64,000 bases of DNA from Ktedonobacterales bacterium. GTDB lineage: Bacteria > Chloroflexota > Ktedonobacteria > Ktedonobacterales > JADMIN01. Of the stretch, positions 38,956-49,294 are shown one piece after another. The stretch spans positions 7,246-71,245 of the forward strand of contig JAICVS010000002.1 in the NCBI GenBank assembly GCA_025935195.1, written 5' to 3'. Made by a program: the position numbers and the translations under genes. The notes beneath the pieces were generated by a model. It saw only the letters and a program-made list of their open reading frames with translations. It was not told the DNA's origin and made no database searches. Position 1 is the first letter of the stretch. Each line of letters opens with the position of its first letter.

Positions 38956-40131
38956 CTACTCCCGCTTGGTCCCCGTCACCTCGGCGTAGAGCGTGCTCGT
39001 CGCCACCGCCACCTGATCCCAACTGACTTGCTTGCTGCGCGCCAGCCCACGCGCGCGCAGATCATCGCGCAGCACCGGCGAGGTCAGCACACGATGGAGC
39101 GCCGCGCCGAACTGATTGGGATCATCCGGATTCACCAGAATGCCCGCGCTGCCCACCACCTCCGGCAGCGCCGCCCGATCCGAGCAGACCACCGCCGCGC
39201 CACACGCCATCGCCTCCAGCGGCGCCAGGCCGAACCCCTCGTACACCGAGGCGTACGCAAAGCACGCGGCCGCCCCATGCAGCGCCGGAATATCCTCCTC
39301 CGCCACCGGCGCGCAGACCACGTTCCCCACCACCCCAAACGTCGCCGCCAGCGGCCGCCAATCGGGATACAGCGAGCTGCTGCCCAGCCGCTCCGGATCC
39401 CCGGCGATGAATAGCATCAACTCCGGATCGTGCAGCTCGTGGAACGCCGCGGCGAACGCCCCCAACAGCCCGCGCAGATTCTTGCGCGCGTCCAGCCCGC
39501 CCACATTCAGCACGAACCGCTCCCCCAGCCCGTAGCGCCGCCGCACCTCGCGCAGTCGCGCCGCGTCCCGCACCACCCGTGGCTGGCCGGTCGGCGCCTC
39601 CCGAATAACCTGGATGCGGTCCTCCGGAATCGCCAGTGTCTCCATGATCTCCGCCTTCGCGTGATCCGAGACGGTAATGACAGCCGCGGCGTTGCGCGCC
39701 GCCCGCATCACCACCCGCCCATACGCCTGCCAGGCGGGCGAGCGGTAGAGCGGCAACCGTAGCGGCATCACGTCGTGGATCGTCACCACGGTCGGGATAT
39801 GGAGCGCCCGCAGCGGCGGCGCGAAGTACGGCACATGCATGAGTGCCGCCTCCGCGCGCCGCGCCGCCGCCGGAAACGCGCCCTGCTCCCAGAACGCCCG
39901 CTCCACCTGCTCGCCACCCCGGCCCACCCGCCCAACCGGCACCGCCACCGGCACCGTCTCCCAGGTGAACGTCGAAGGGGTATCGGGCACGTCTTTCGGC
40001 GGCCTCGGGCTGAAGATGGCATACTCCGTTACGCCGTCCACACGCCCAAGCGAGCGTAGCAGGTGGTAGGCGTATCGCCCGGCGCCCGTGCGCGGTTCCC
40101 GCAAACAGAGCGCGTTGAAGGCCACTCGCAT
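38956..40131 (-). CDS. GT4 (GT-B) glycosyltransferase
   Basis: TIHD, RKN, SVYEGFGLAPLEAMACG. Confidence 0.92.
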   Translation of the reverse strand: MRVAFNALCLREPRTGAGRYAYHLLRSLGRVDGVTEYAIFSPRPPKDVPDTPSTFTWETVPVAVPVGRVGRGGEQVERAFWEQGAFPAAARRAEAALMHVPYFAPPLRALHIPTVVTIHDVMPLRLPLYRSPAWQAYGRVVMRAARNAAAVITVSDHAKAEIMETLAIPEDRIQVIREAPTGQPRVVRDAARLREVRRRYGLGERFVLNVGGLDARKNLRGLLGAFAAAFHELHDPELMLFIAGDPERLGSSSLYPDWRPLAATFGVVGNVVCAPVAEEDIPALHGAAACFAYASVYEGFGLAPLEAMACGAAVVCSDRAALPEVVGSAGILVNPDDPNQFGAALHRVLTSPVLRDDLRARGLARSKQVSWDQVAVATSTLYAEVTGTKRE

Positions 40132-40312
40132 TGGGGCATTCCACCGTGAGCAGAGATGAGTGTGTCGTGTGTGCGCCTGTCGCAGGCGTCTGGGGGCAAT
40201 CGCGCGGGAGCCGCTCGTCCGTTGTGCGGCTCCCCGGCCGCCACAGCATAACACAACCGCCCGGCTCCGTCTCCCCTTGTGCCATCTCCCCCTTGCCTCG
40301 CGGCGGTCATCG

Positions 40313-40363
40313 CTTTGGCTCCTCCTCTCCCCGCGGGGAGAGGGGACCAGGGGGAGAGGACTC
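40313..40363. repeat. REP-like CCTCTCCCC-GC-GGGGAGAGG...GAGGAC element
   Basis: Related copies at 44624, 46860, 47880. Confidence 0.7.
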
Positions 40364-40364
40364 C

Positions 40365-41330
40365 CTACCGTCCCGTCGCCGATAGGCTCCCCGGCACGCG
40401 CTCCAGCTCCGCGCGGAACCACTCGATCGTGCGCGCCAGGCCCGCCTCCGGCGCGACACGCGGCTCCCAGCCCAGCATACGTCGCGCCTTCTCGATCACC
40501 GGCTGCCGGCGGGCCGGATCCTCGGCGCGCTTCGCCTCGAACCGCACCGTCGCGCTCGACCCGCACAAGCGGATGATCAGCTCGGCCCACTCCAGCACCG
40601 TCTGCTCACGCGGGTTACCTAGGTTGAAAATCTCTCCCGCTGTTCCCGGCGTGAACATCGCCCGCACCAGACCATCCACCAGATCATCCACATAACAGAT
40701 GCTGCGCGTCTGCGTCCCATCGCCGTGGATGCTCAGGAACGTGTCCGTCAGCGCCGCCGTCACGAAGTTGGGGATCATACGCCCGTCGCGCAGTTGGCTC
40801 TGCGGCCCGTACGTGTTGAAGATGCGCACGATGCGCGTATCCATGCCGTACTGCCGGCGGAACTCCGCCGTGATCGTCTCGCCCAGCCGCTTGCTCTCGT
40901 CGTAGCATGCCCGCGGCCCCGTCGTATTGACGTTGCCCCAATAGCTCTCGCGCTGCGGATGCTCGTGCGGATCGCCGTACGCCTCGGACGTAGACGCCAT
41001 CAAGAAGCGCGCGTCACAGTGTCGCGCCGTCTCCAACAGGCGCATCGTGCCCTCGCTGTTCACCCGGATCGTCTCGAATGGGTGCGCCCAGTACCCGATC
41101 GGGCTGGCCGGGCTGGCGAGGTGGAAGACCGCATCGGCGGCAAACTCGAACGGCTCGATCACGTCCTGGCGCTTGAAGGCGAAGCGCGGATGGGCGCGCA
41201 GCGGCGCGATGTTGCGCTCCGACCCCGTGATCAGGTTGTCCACGCACGTCACCTCGTGACCATCCGCCAACAACCGCGTACACAGGTGAGAGCCGATGAA
41301 CCCCGATCCCCCTGTCACCAGAACTCGCAA
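40365..41330 (-). CDS. UDP-glucuronate decarboxylase-like NAD-dependent epimerase/dehydratase
   Basis: VTGGSGFIGSH, HLASPASP, STSEAYG, YDESKR, RIFNTYGP; TTG start after GAGGAAGG. Confidence 0.92.
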   Translation of the reverse strand: MRVLVTGGSGFIGSHLCTRLLADGHEVTCVDNLITGSERNIAPLRAHPRFAFKRQDVIEPFEFAADAVFHLASPASPIGYWAHPFETIRVNSEGTMRLLETARHCDARFLMASTSEAYGDPHEHPQRESYWGNVNTTGPRACYDESKRLGETITAEFRRQYGMDTRIVRIFNTYGPQSQLRDGRMIPNFVTAALTDTFLSIHGDGTQTRSICYVDDLVDGLVRAMFTPGTAGEIFNLGNPREQTVLEWAELIIRLCGSSATVRFEAKRAEDPARRQPVIEKARRMLGWEPRVAPEAGLARTIEWFRAELERVPGSLSATGR

Positions 41331-41667
41331 CGCCTTCCTCCCGCCATCCGCTGCCTGCGCCAGCCTCATGCCGTATCAGCGCCACACTCCGCCGCATGTG
41401 GCCGCATACGATTGTACGCTCCCGCGCCGCGAACCTCAACAGAGGCGGACGAATGGCGCGGCATGCCCGTATGGCTGGCACTGTATCTGCTACGCTGGCC
41501 TACTCCAGGATGCGCCCCCGACGGAGTCCATTTGGACGCACCCGCCGCGCCTCAACGCGCCGCGTGGCACGTGTCTCGCGGTCTGATCACCCGCACACCA
41601 GCTAGAGGTCGCTTGTCCGTAACCTTCCCGTGTGCTGGCACGTTTGATCGCAACAGAGGGTTGCGTG

Positions 41668-44589
41668 ATGGAGCGTCATCGGATACGCTATAGAGTCCCG
41701 CCTGGCCGCGGGCTGGACGACGAGCCGCGGGCGAGAACATCCCCGCCACCGTCATTTGTGGAGGTTTGGAGAGTGGATACGATAGGACAGCCCTTGTCCC
41801 TCGATGGGCCCGACCCAGAGGAGACCGCAACGGACGCGCGCCACCAGACGGAGGCATCAGGTCAGAATGGGCACACCTCCGGCGATCATCCCGCCGCCCA
41901 TCGTGCCCACGACGGCGCCAACGGGCATGATGGGCATGATGGGCATGATGGGCATGACGGGCATGACGGGCATGACGGGCATGACGGGCATGACGGGCAC
42001 AATGGGCACGATGGGCAGCGCCGCCATCAGCCCGCCGCTGGCGATGAGCCGACCCGGACGATTCGCCGCGGCGCCGGCCCCGCGCGGGCCAACGACTCCG
42101 CCCCGCGACAGAGCGCCCCTGCCCGTGTCCCCGCCGCCGACGATCTCCTTACCGCGGCACTCTCCCCCGCGTCTCCAGCGCGTGGCATCGCCGCGCCCCA
42201 CTCCACACCGATGACGCGCGCTATAGCGCAGCGCCGCGCCCGCAAGCAGCGCCGCTTCGCCATGTATCTCAAGCGCGGTGTGCGCTCGCGCCACGCCGCC
42301 CGCACCGCCGCCGTCGGCCGCGCCGCCTGGGCCTCCGTGATCGTCATGGCCGCGCTCACCCTGACCCTGATCACCGCCGCCGCCGGCGCCGCCGCCTCGT
42401 ACTATCAGTCGGAAACGCCCTTGATCGCCGGCCTCAAGCAGACGGTCGCTTCTCAAGACAGCCTGCGCATCTACGACTCCAAAGGCACCCTGCTCTACGA
42501 GCTGCGCGACTTCGGCGCCCAGCATAGCGTCTCGCTCGCCACCGTCCCCATCACCGTCGTCAACGCCACCGTCGCCATCGAGGATCACGACTTCTGGAAC
42601 AACCAGGGCGTAGACTTCACCTCCATCGTGCGTGCCCTGGTGACGAACCTGCAACAGGGGCATATCACTCAGGGCGGCAGCACCATCACGCAGCAGCTCG
42701 TCAAGCAGCAGCTCCTGCGCGACTCCGACACCGATTTCGCGCGCAAGCTGCGCGAGGCCATCCTCTCCATCGGCATCACCACCCAGGGCGTCTACACCAA
42801 GCGCGACATCCTCGAGCTCTATCTGGACTCCATCCCCTACAGCCCCACCGCCTACGGCATAGACGCGGCGGCGCGCGAATACTTCGGCTACAACGACGAC
42901 CAGCGCACCGGCATGACCGCCGCGCAACACCTCGATCTCGCCCAGGCATCCATGCTGGCCGGCATCCCGCAGAACCCCAACCTCAACGACCCGCTGCTGC
43001 ACCCGGAGCATGCGCACCAGCGCCATCGCCAGGTGCTCGACGCCATGGTCACCTACGGCTACATCACCAAAGCCCAGGCCGACGCCGCCTACAAAGAGGC
43101 GCTGCGGCCCAACTTCTTCCATCCCGTCACCACCGAGCAGAACCTCGCGCCCCACTTCGTCAACTACGTGCGCGACCAGCTCGACCAGATGGTCGAGACC
43201 GGCCAGCTGCGCAATATCTCGCGCTCCGGCCTCAACGTCTACACCACGCTCGACCTGGATCTGCAGAACAAGACCCAGCAGATCATGCAGAACCACATCT
43301 ACGGCAACGACGCCACCGGCTTCACCGGCTACACCCTCAGCTCGGCGCACGTCTCCAACTCCGCCGCCGTGATGGCCGACCAGCACACCGGCGCCATCAA
43401 AGTGCTGCTGGGCAGCGTGGACTACTACAGCACCCAGATCGACGGCAAGTTCGACGTCGCGACCCAGGGCAACCGCGGCCCCGGCTCCTCGTTCAAGCCG
43501 CTCGTCTACGCCACCGCCTTCGAGAAGGGCTGGTTCCCCGCCATGACCGTCGCGGACGAGCCGACCGTCTTCTGGGATGAGGGATCGAACCAGCCCTACA
43601 AGCCGCTCAACTACAACCGCGACCAGTTCAAGGGCGAGATCACCCTGCGCACCGCCTTGCAGTTCTCGCTCAACATCCCCGCTGTCAAGGTCATGCAGTA
43701 CGCCGGCATCCAGGACGTGGAGCAGAATGCCCAGCGTTGGGGCATCCATAGCTGGAACGGCACCTGGGGCCTCTCTTCGGTCCTCGGCACCCTCGAAGTG
43801 CATCCGATTGACATGGTGCAGGTCTACACCGTCTTCGCCAACTACGGCCAGTACATCCCGCTGCACGCCATAGACAAGATCGCCGACAGCACCGGCAACG
43901 TGCTCTTCCAGTACCACGTGCCACAGCCGGTGCAGGTGATGGACCCGCGCATCGCCTTCCTCATCACCAGCATCCTCAGCGACAACCCCTCGCGCGCCGG
44001 CGACTTCGGCGGCTGCAGCTTCCTCTACCTCGACCCGCTCAACCCCGATCCCAGCAATCCCTTCACCCAGCGCTGCGCCCAGCTCGCCACGCAAAACTGG
44101 ACCACGCCCGACGCCTATCCCGCCGCCGCCAAGACCGGCACCGGCTCGGACTTCAAAGACGACTGGACGATGGGCTACACCCGCCAGCTCACGATGGGCG
44201 TCTGGGTTGGCAACAACGATGACACCCCAATGGTCCACGTGGACGGCATCCACGGCGCCGCCCCGATCTGGAACCGCGCCATGCTCTACGCGCTGGAGCG
44301 CGACAACGCCCCCAAGCTGGACTTCCCCGTACCCCAGGGCGTCCATCGCGCCACCTACACCTCCAACGGCGTCACCAGCACCGACTGGTTCCTCAACGGC
44401 CCCACGCCGCCGAGCAACATTGGCCTCGGCGGAGATCACCCCTGCATCTCCATTGACGCCAACGGCGACTGGCAATACTGCGCCGCGCCCCCACCTTCGC
44501 CCAATGGCACCAACGGCGGCGGCAACAACGGCGGCGGTGGCGGTAACGGCGGCGGCAACGGTGGTGGTGGCGGCAGGGGTGGCGGCTGA
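41668..44589 (+). CDS. Class A penicillin-binding protein (transglycosylase/transpeptidase)
   Basis: EDHDF, GGSTITQQL, RKLRE; SSFK, SLN, KTGT; start uncertain. Confidence 0.93.
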   Translation: MERHRIRYRVPPGRGLDDEPRARTSPPPSFVEVWRVDTIGQPLSLDGPDPEETATDARHQTEASGQNGHTSGDHPAAHRAHDGANGHDGHDGHDGHDGHDGHDGHDGHDGHNGHDGQRRHQPAAGDEPTRTIRRGAGPARANDSAPRQSAPARVPAADDLLTAALSPASPARGIAAPHSTPMTRAIAQRRARKQRRFAMYLKRGVRSRHAARTAAVGRAAWASVIVMAALTLTLITAAAGAAASYYQSETPLIAGLKQTVASQDSLRIYDSKGTLLYELRDFGAQHSVSLATVPITVVNATVAIEDHDFWNNQGVDFTSIVRALVTNLQQGHITQGGSTITQQLVKQQLLRDSDTDFARKLREAILSIGITTQGVYTKRDILELYLDSIPYSPTAYGIDAAAREYFGYNDDQRTGMTAAQHLDLAQASMLAGIPQNPNLNDPLLHPEHAHQRHRQVLDAMVTYGYITKAQADAAYKEALRPNFFHPVTTEQNLAPHFVNYVRDQLDQMVETGQLRNISRSGLNVYTTLDLDLQNKTQQIMQNHIYGNDATGFTGYTLSSAHVSNSAAVMADQHTGAIKVLLGSVDYYSTQIDGKFDVATQGNRGPGSSFKPLVYATAFEKGWFPAMTVADEPTVFWDEGSNQPYKPLNYNRDQFKGEITLRTALQFSLNIPAVKVMQYAGIQDVEQNAQRWGIHSWNGTWGLSSVLGTLEVHPIDMVQVYTVFANYGQYIPLHAIDKIADSTGNVLFQYHVPQPVQVMDPRIAFLITSILSDNPSRAGDFGGCSFLYLDPLNPDPSNPFTQRCAQLATQNWTTPDAYPAAAKTGTGSDFKDDWTMGYTRQLTMGVWVGNNDDTPMVHVDGIHGAAPIWNRAMLYALERDNAPKLDFPVPQGVHRATYTSNGVTSTDWFLNGPTPPSNIGLGGDHPCISIDANGDWQYCAAPPPSPNGTNGGGNNGGGGGNGGGNGGGGGRGGG
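41923..42012 (+). repeat. 9-bp coding tandem repeat x10 encoding (GHD)n
   Basis: GGGCATGA(T/C) x8, then GGGCACAAT and GGGCACGAT. Confidence 0.95.
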
Positions 44590-44623
44590 TGGCGGCCAGC
44601 GATGCTCCGCGGCGGCTGCCCCT

Positions 44624-44672
44624 CTCTGGCTCCCCTCGCCCCGCGGGGCGAGGGGCCGATGGGTGAGGACTC
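44624..44672. repeat. REP-like CCCCTCGCCCC-GC-GGGGCGAGGGG...GGTGAGGAC element
   Basis: Near-identical to 46860-46910. Confidence 0.75.
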
Positions 44673-44834
44673 TCCACGACATCAGAGAGAGAGTGTGTGT
44701 GTGTGTGATGCGACAAGGGCATCGTCTGAGGCTTTGCCCTATCTGCCGTTCGCGTACTCGCGTAGGATACAGGATGATCCCCAGCATTCATGCCGGGAAG
44801 CGTACGAATAACAACCATCTCGCCCATTTCGCTA

Positions 44835-45266
44835 TCACGGCGTGTCATCCGCCAGGCGCGGGCGGCGCGAAGAGAAAAGCGTCTGAAAATCGCCGGTGAA
44901 TCGCTCCAGAAAATCGCGCATCGAATGGACATCGGCCTCAGTGACCGGCGCGAGCGCGCTCCCATCCCGCCGGCTGGCCGCCTTGCCGCCAGGCGATCCC
45001 TTCGTGAAGCTGGGCGGGCCGGCGAGATCGCTGTCAATCAGCGCCGCCGCCTCCGCCACATCGAACGGTCGCGCCGACTGCCCCTCCTGCCCGAACGAGA
45101 CCACATACAGGTCACGCCGCGGACACTGGCGGCAGCTCGCCATCACCACCCAGAGCGAGCGTCGCCGTGCCAGCACCACCACCGCATCGGGAACATACGA
45201 TGCGCCGCAATGGGGGCAGGCCCGCTCCGCGAAGCGATCGCGGATGACGTGTTCACGCGCGTGCAT
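44835..45266 (-). CDS. Hypothetical protein with CxxC...CxxC zinc ribbon
   Basis: CPHC and CRQC; GGGAG RBS; follows the DUF151 gene. Confidence 0.7.
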   Translation of the reverse strand: MHAREHVIRDRFAERACPHCGASYVPDAVVVLARRRSLWVVMASCRQCPRRDLYVVSFGQEGQSARPFDVAEAAALIDSDLAGPPSFTKGSPGGKAASRRDGSALAPVTEADVHSMRDFLERFTGDFQTLFSSRRPRLADDTP

Positions 45267-45337
45267 ACGTCACTCCCTGCCCGGACCATCGCCGGTCCGC
45301 TTCCCCACGCAACGAAAGGCCCGCGCCCGCGCGCGGG

Positions 45338-45871
45338 TCATTCAGACTTCCCAAATTCGTCGAGGGCATCCAGCGTGTTGATGAAGTCGCGATACACATC
45401 CAGGTTATCCTGGTCGCTCTCGCCGCCCGGCGTCGCTTTGCGCGTTGCCGTCTCCTCTTGCTCCGCCGCGTTTTGCAGCGTCACACCGGCATGCTCCAGC
45501 ACACTCTCCGCCACGTAGATCGGCACCTTCGTTCGCACGGCGAGCGCAATCGCGTCGCTGGGGCGCGAGTCAATCTCCACATGACGGCCGTTCGCGTCGA
45601 GGATCAACCGGGCGTAGAAGATGTCATCCTGCAAGTCGTTGATGATGATGCTCGTCAACCGCGCGCCCAGCTCAGCGATCACCGACTTCAGCAGATCGTG
45701 CGTCAGCGGCCGGAGCGACGCCGTGCCTTGCAGTTCCATGGCGATGGAGTACGCCTCGGCGGTCGCGATCCAGATGAACAGATAGCGGTCGCCCTGCCCA
45801 TCCTTCAAGATCACCACCCGCTGGCTGGTGGCGAGATTGATTCGCACGCTCTCGACCGTCATCTCCACCAT
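45338..45871 (-). CDS. Bifunctional nuclease family protein (DUF151)
   Basis: IWI, RPLTHDL, FYA, IDSRPSDAIALA; AGGAGG RBS. Confidence 0.92.
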   Translation of the reverse strand: MVEMTVESVRINLATSQRVVILKDGQGDRYLFIWIATAEAYSIAMELQGTASLRPLTHDLLKSVIAELGARLTSIIINDLQDDIFYARLILDANGRHVEIDSRPSDAIALAVRTKVPIYVAESVLEHAGVTLQNAAEQEETATRKATPGGESDQDNLDVYRDFINTLDALDEFGKSE

Positions 45872-46090
45872 GGGGCTCGCTCCCTCCTGCGATGGCTGGG
45901 TGAGGCCGGCGGCGGAGTCTGCCGGCCCCAGGATGGCCGTATTGTACACCGGGGCCGGCAGAGGGCGCAAATGGCCCGGACCCGCTCCAACGCCGTGTTC
46001 CTGGCCCATCCCCCGCCCATCCCCCGTCCATCCCCCGTCCATCCTCACACATCCCCACACACGAATTTCCGCGTTTCCATATCAATTGGC

Positions 46091-46155
46091 GAACATTGGT
46101 CCCTCAGGGCCTTGACAGAACAAATATCTGATATTACACTGTAGAACAAGGGTAC
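46091..46155 (+). promoter_or_regulatory. lexA promoter with candidate SOS boxes
   Basis: TTGACA (46112), 17 bp, TACACT (46135); GAAC-N4-GTxC-like boxes at 46091, 46118, 46144. Confidence 0.75.
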
Positions 46156-46200
46156 CATCGCATTTTACCCACAGAATTGACCCGCAGGAGGACACCGTTT

Positions 46201-46821
46201 GTGAAGACCGAGCTCAGCCCGCCACAGCGCAAAATCTACCAGTTCATCGAACGCTACACCCACGAGTACGGCCGGCCGCCCACCAACCGTGAGATCGGTA
46301 ATGAGGTCGGCATCCAGTCCACCGGCCACGTGGACTACCATCTCACCATGCTCGAACGTAAGGGCTACATCACCCGCGAGCGCCGCAAGAGCCGCGCGAT
46401 CCGCGTCCTGCGTCCCGAGCATCCGCAGGGCATGCGCATCGCCGGCACCATCGCCGCCGGCGCCCCGCTGGACATCTTCACCGACAGCCAGCAAGACACC
46501 CTCGACCTCAACACCCATGCGCGCGAGTACGTGCTCCAGGTGCGCGGGAGCTCCATGATCGAAGATCATATTCAGGATGGCGACTACGTCCTGGTGCTGC
46601 CCGACGCCCAGATCAACGACGGCGACATCATCGTCGCCACCCACACCGTCGCCAACGGCGACGGTGGCGCCGCCACACTCAAGCGCCTCTACAAAGAGAC
46701 GGGACGCATTCGCCTGCAGCCCGCCAACTCCGAGATGGACCCGATCTACGTCCCCGCCGACGAGTGGAACCAGGAGTGGAAGGTCCAGGGCAAAGTAACA
46801 GCCGTCTACCGCCGCTGCTAG
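46201..46821 (+). CDS. lexA: SOS repressor LexA
   Basis: PPTNREI wHTH, IAAG cleavage site, GSSM Ser, TLKR Lys; AGGAGG before GTG. Confidence 0.96.
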   Translation: MKTELSPPQRKIYQFIERYTHEYGRPPTNREIGNEVGIQSTGHVDYHLTMLERKGYITRERRKSRAIRVLRPEHPQGMRIAGTIAAGAPLDIFTDSQQDTLDLNTHAREYVLQVRGSSMIEDHIQDGDYVLVLPDAQINDGDIIVATHTVANGDGGAATLKRLYKETGRIRLQPANSEMDPIYVPADEWNQEWKVQGKVTAVYRRC

Positions 46822-46859
46822 GCCGCGCCTCTCCCCCTCTCCGCGCGGCGGTTGTCTCG

Positions 46860-46910
46860 CTCTGGCTCCCCCTCGCCCCGCGGGGCGACGGGCCGGGAGG
46901 TGAGGACTCC
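46860..46910. repeat. REP-like element downstream of lexA
   Basis: CTCTGGCTCCCCTCGCCCCGCGGGGCGA...GGTGAGGACTC. Confidence 0.75.
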
Positions 46911-47073
46911 TCATAGTCCCCAATGGCTTGCCAAGTACGCGGAAGCGTGGTAGACACCATGTGGCGGCAGACGTGTGATGAGCGGACGGGAGCAGCGCCC
47001 GTCCGCTCTCATCTCGTGTCGCCCATCGTGTCGCCATGCGCGTGTACCAGCGGCCCAGACAGGGGGACTTCGG

Positions 47074-47739
47074 TTGAGTGGAATAGAACAGGCGCTCTTT
47101 GACCTCATCAAGCACTGGTACCTGACCACCGGCTACGTTGGCATCGTGCTGGCGATGGCGCTCGAAAGCTGCTGCGTGCCGCTCCCCAGCGAGATCGTCA
47201 TGCCGCTGGCCGGCTATTTCGTCTTCAAAGCACACTTCTCCCTGCCCGGCGTCGCGCTGGCCGGCGCCCTCGGCTGCGTCATCGGCTCGGCGCTCGCCTA
47301 TTGGATCGGCGCCGCCGGCGGCCGTCCGCTCTTGCTCAAATACGGCCGCTACATCCTCATCTCCCAGGCCGACTCCGACCGCGCCGACCGCTGGTTCGCG
47401 CGCTACGGCGCCCCCGTCGCCTTCTTCTCGCGCTTGCTGCCGGTCGTGCGCACCTACATCTCCCTGCCCGCCGGCATCGCCCGCATGAATTTCCGCCAAT
47501 TCCTGCTGCTTACCTTCCTCGGCTCGCTTCCCTGGACCCTCCTCCTCGCCTTCGTCGGCTTCAAGCTCGGCGACAAGATTGACCAGGCCTCTCAGCTCGG
47601 CACCATCTTCCACGGGCTGGACATCCTCATCCTGGCCCTGCTCGTCGCGGGCGTCGCCTCCTATATCTACCACCACATCAAGCGCGACCGCACGGCACGC
47701 GGCGCCGACGCCATCGGCGGCCGCCGCACCATCCACTGA
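47074..47739 (+). CDS. DedA family membrane protein
   Basis: LES..PLPSE, SRLLPVVRTYISLPAG. Confidence 0.92.
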   Translation: MSGIEQALFDLIKHWYLTTGYVGIVLAMALESCCVPLPSEIVMPLAGYFVFKAHFSLPGVALAGALGCVIGSALAYWIGAAGGRPLLLKYGRYILISQADSDRADRWFARYGAPVAFFSRLLPVVRTYISLPAGIARMNFRQFLLLTFLGSLPWTLLLAFVGFKLGDKIDQASQLGTIFHGLDILILALLVAGVASYIYHHIKRDRTARGADAIGGRRTIH

Positions 47740-47929
47740 CCGCTTTCGCGAGAACAGCGGAGCGGGGCAATGGCAAGGCATGCCTCGCCCGCCATCGCGC
47801 ACCCAGACGCCTCACATCCGCCGCTCGTTCGCCCAGGGCATTCATGCCCCAGCTCTGTTCGCCGGCCATTCATCGCCGCTCTGCCTCCCCCTCTCCTCGC
47901 ACGGAGAGGGGGTCGGGGGGTGAGGACAT

Positions 47930-48916
47930 CTACGGCCGCGGCAGCCAGCCCGAATGCATCTCCGCCAGCGGATACGACATGGTGGGGCGCTGGCCGAACG
48001 TCACATACAGCGGATCAGAGTTCGCGTGATGGCCCTGATCGAACTCAAGGCGCAGCGCCTCAAGCGCGTTGTCGTAGTCGCTGGCCGAGGCGATCCTCGC
48101 CTCGATGATCGGATCGCGGAAGACATCTTTGAGCACACCCAAACACTGTGTCTGCCACAGGCGGCGCTCCCGCGTCAGCGTCACATCCGGAAAGCTCGGC
48201 ATCGTATGCTCCGTCACCCGCACCGCCCCCACCTCTTGCAGCAGGTACTTCAGTCGCGGCCCCATGTCTGGGTCCAGCCCGCGCCGGCGGCACAGCTCGG
48301 CCGTCCAGTGATTGGTCAACTGATACGCTGGGCCTGGGTCGTAGATGCTCTCACCCGGCTCCACGCACTCGATCCAGCCGCCGGGCCGCGTCACCCGCAT
48401 CAGCTCGCGCATCACCGAAGGATAGCTCGCCGCCGGCAGATCCGAATACATCAGGCGCAGTTGCACGAAATCGAACGTGCCGTCGGAGAACGGCAGGCGC
48501 TGGAGCGCGTCCGCTTCCACGAACGAAACGTTCGCGGCTAGCGGCCCAAGCGCATTCAGCATCGGCTCGGCCTTGCTCGGCATCACCAGATCCAACCCGA
48601 CGACCTGCGCGCCGGGGAACTCCGTCGCCATCTCGACCACCCAGCGCCCCGTCCCGCACCCCACATCCAGAATGAGCCGCGGCAGCGTCAACGGCGCATG
48701 ATGATTTCCCCCGATCACCCGCCGCACCAGAAAGTGCTGGAAATCCAGGAATTGATCCGCATCCGCGTCCTTCGCGCCGATATACGACGAGCCTTCGACA
48801 TATCGCCGTCCGCGAATCCAGCGGAAGCGATAGCCGCGGTTCGGACGCGACATATCCACGCCCCCACGCGGGGCATCTTGAACAGCCACCGACGAACGCT
48901 TCCGCCGCCAGAACAT
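47930..48916 (-). CDS. Class I SAM-dependent methyltransferase
   Basis: ILDVGCGTGRW, LPFSDGTFDFV, RPGGWIE; GGAGGAGG RBS. Confidence 0.9.
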   Translation of the reverse strand: MFWRRKRSSVAVQDAPRGGVDMSRPNRGYRFRWIRGRRYVEGSSYIGAKDADADQFLDFQHFLVRRVIGGNHHAPLTLPRLILDVGCGTGRWVVEMATEFPGAQVVGLDLVMPSKAEPMLNALGPLAANVSFVEADALQRLPFSDGTFDFVQLRLMYSDLPAASYPSVMRELMRVTRPGGWIECVEPGESIYDPGPAYQLTNHWTAELCRRRGLDPDMGPRLKYLLQEVGAVRVTEHTMPSFPDVTLTRERRLWQTQCLGVLKDVFRDPIIEARIASASDYDNALEALRLEFDQGHHANSDPLYVTFGQRPTMSYPLAEMHSGWLPRP

Positions 48917-49294
48917 CGTGCCGCCTCCTCCGCATCACGGCTGCCCATGCGGGCCGCGTGCGACCAACCCTCACCCCATAGAGCAGGCATCCAGCATACA
49001 CATCGCACGCAAGCAGGTAGCGGCATCCTACCGTGCCGCCTCCATCCGCGTCAAGCGGGAAGCGCCGGCCTTGCGCCCTGCCTGAAAAAGAAATAAAATT
49101 CTAGAGCGAGATCGCCTATCATCATCGCTTCGGCAAAGCTGAACCGTTGTATTCGCTGGCAGCGGCCCGTGAAAGGAGCGTCTCATGTATATCTGCGCTC
49201 GGTTTTCATCAACGGGCCATCATGCTGGCGTCCCGCGTGCCACATCCGTCGTCCCATCCCATCCGCTGGCCGCGCCCACCCATCCACCTCACAC

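Noticed and set aside
41857-44787. 976-aa minus-strand ORF
   Set aside because: Antisense shadow of the PBP gene; typical of high-GC DNA and without motifs
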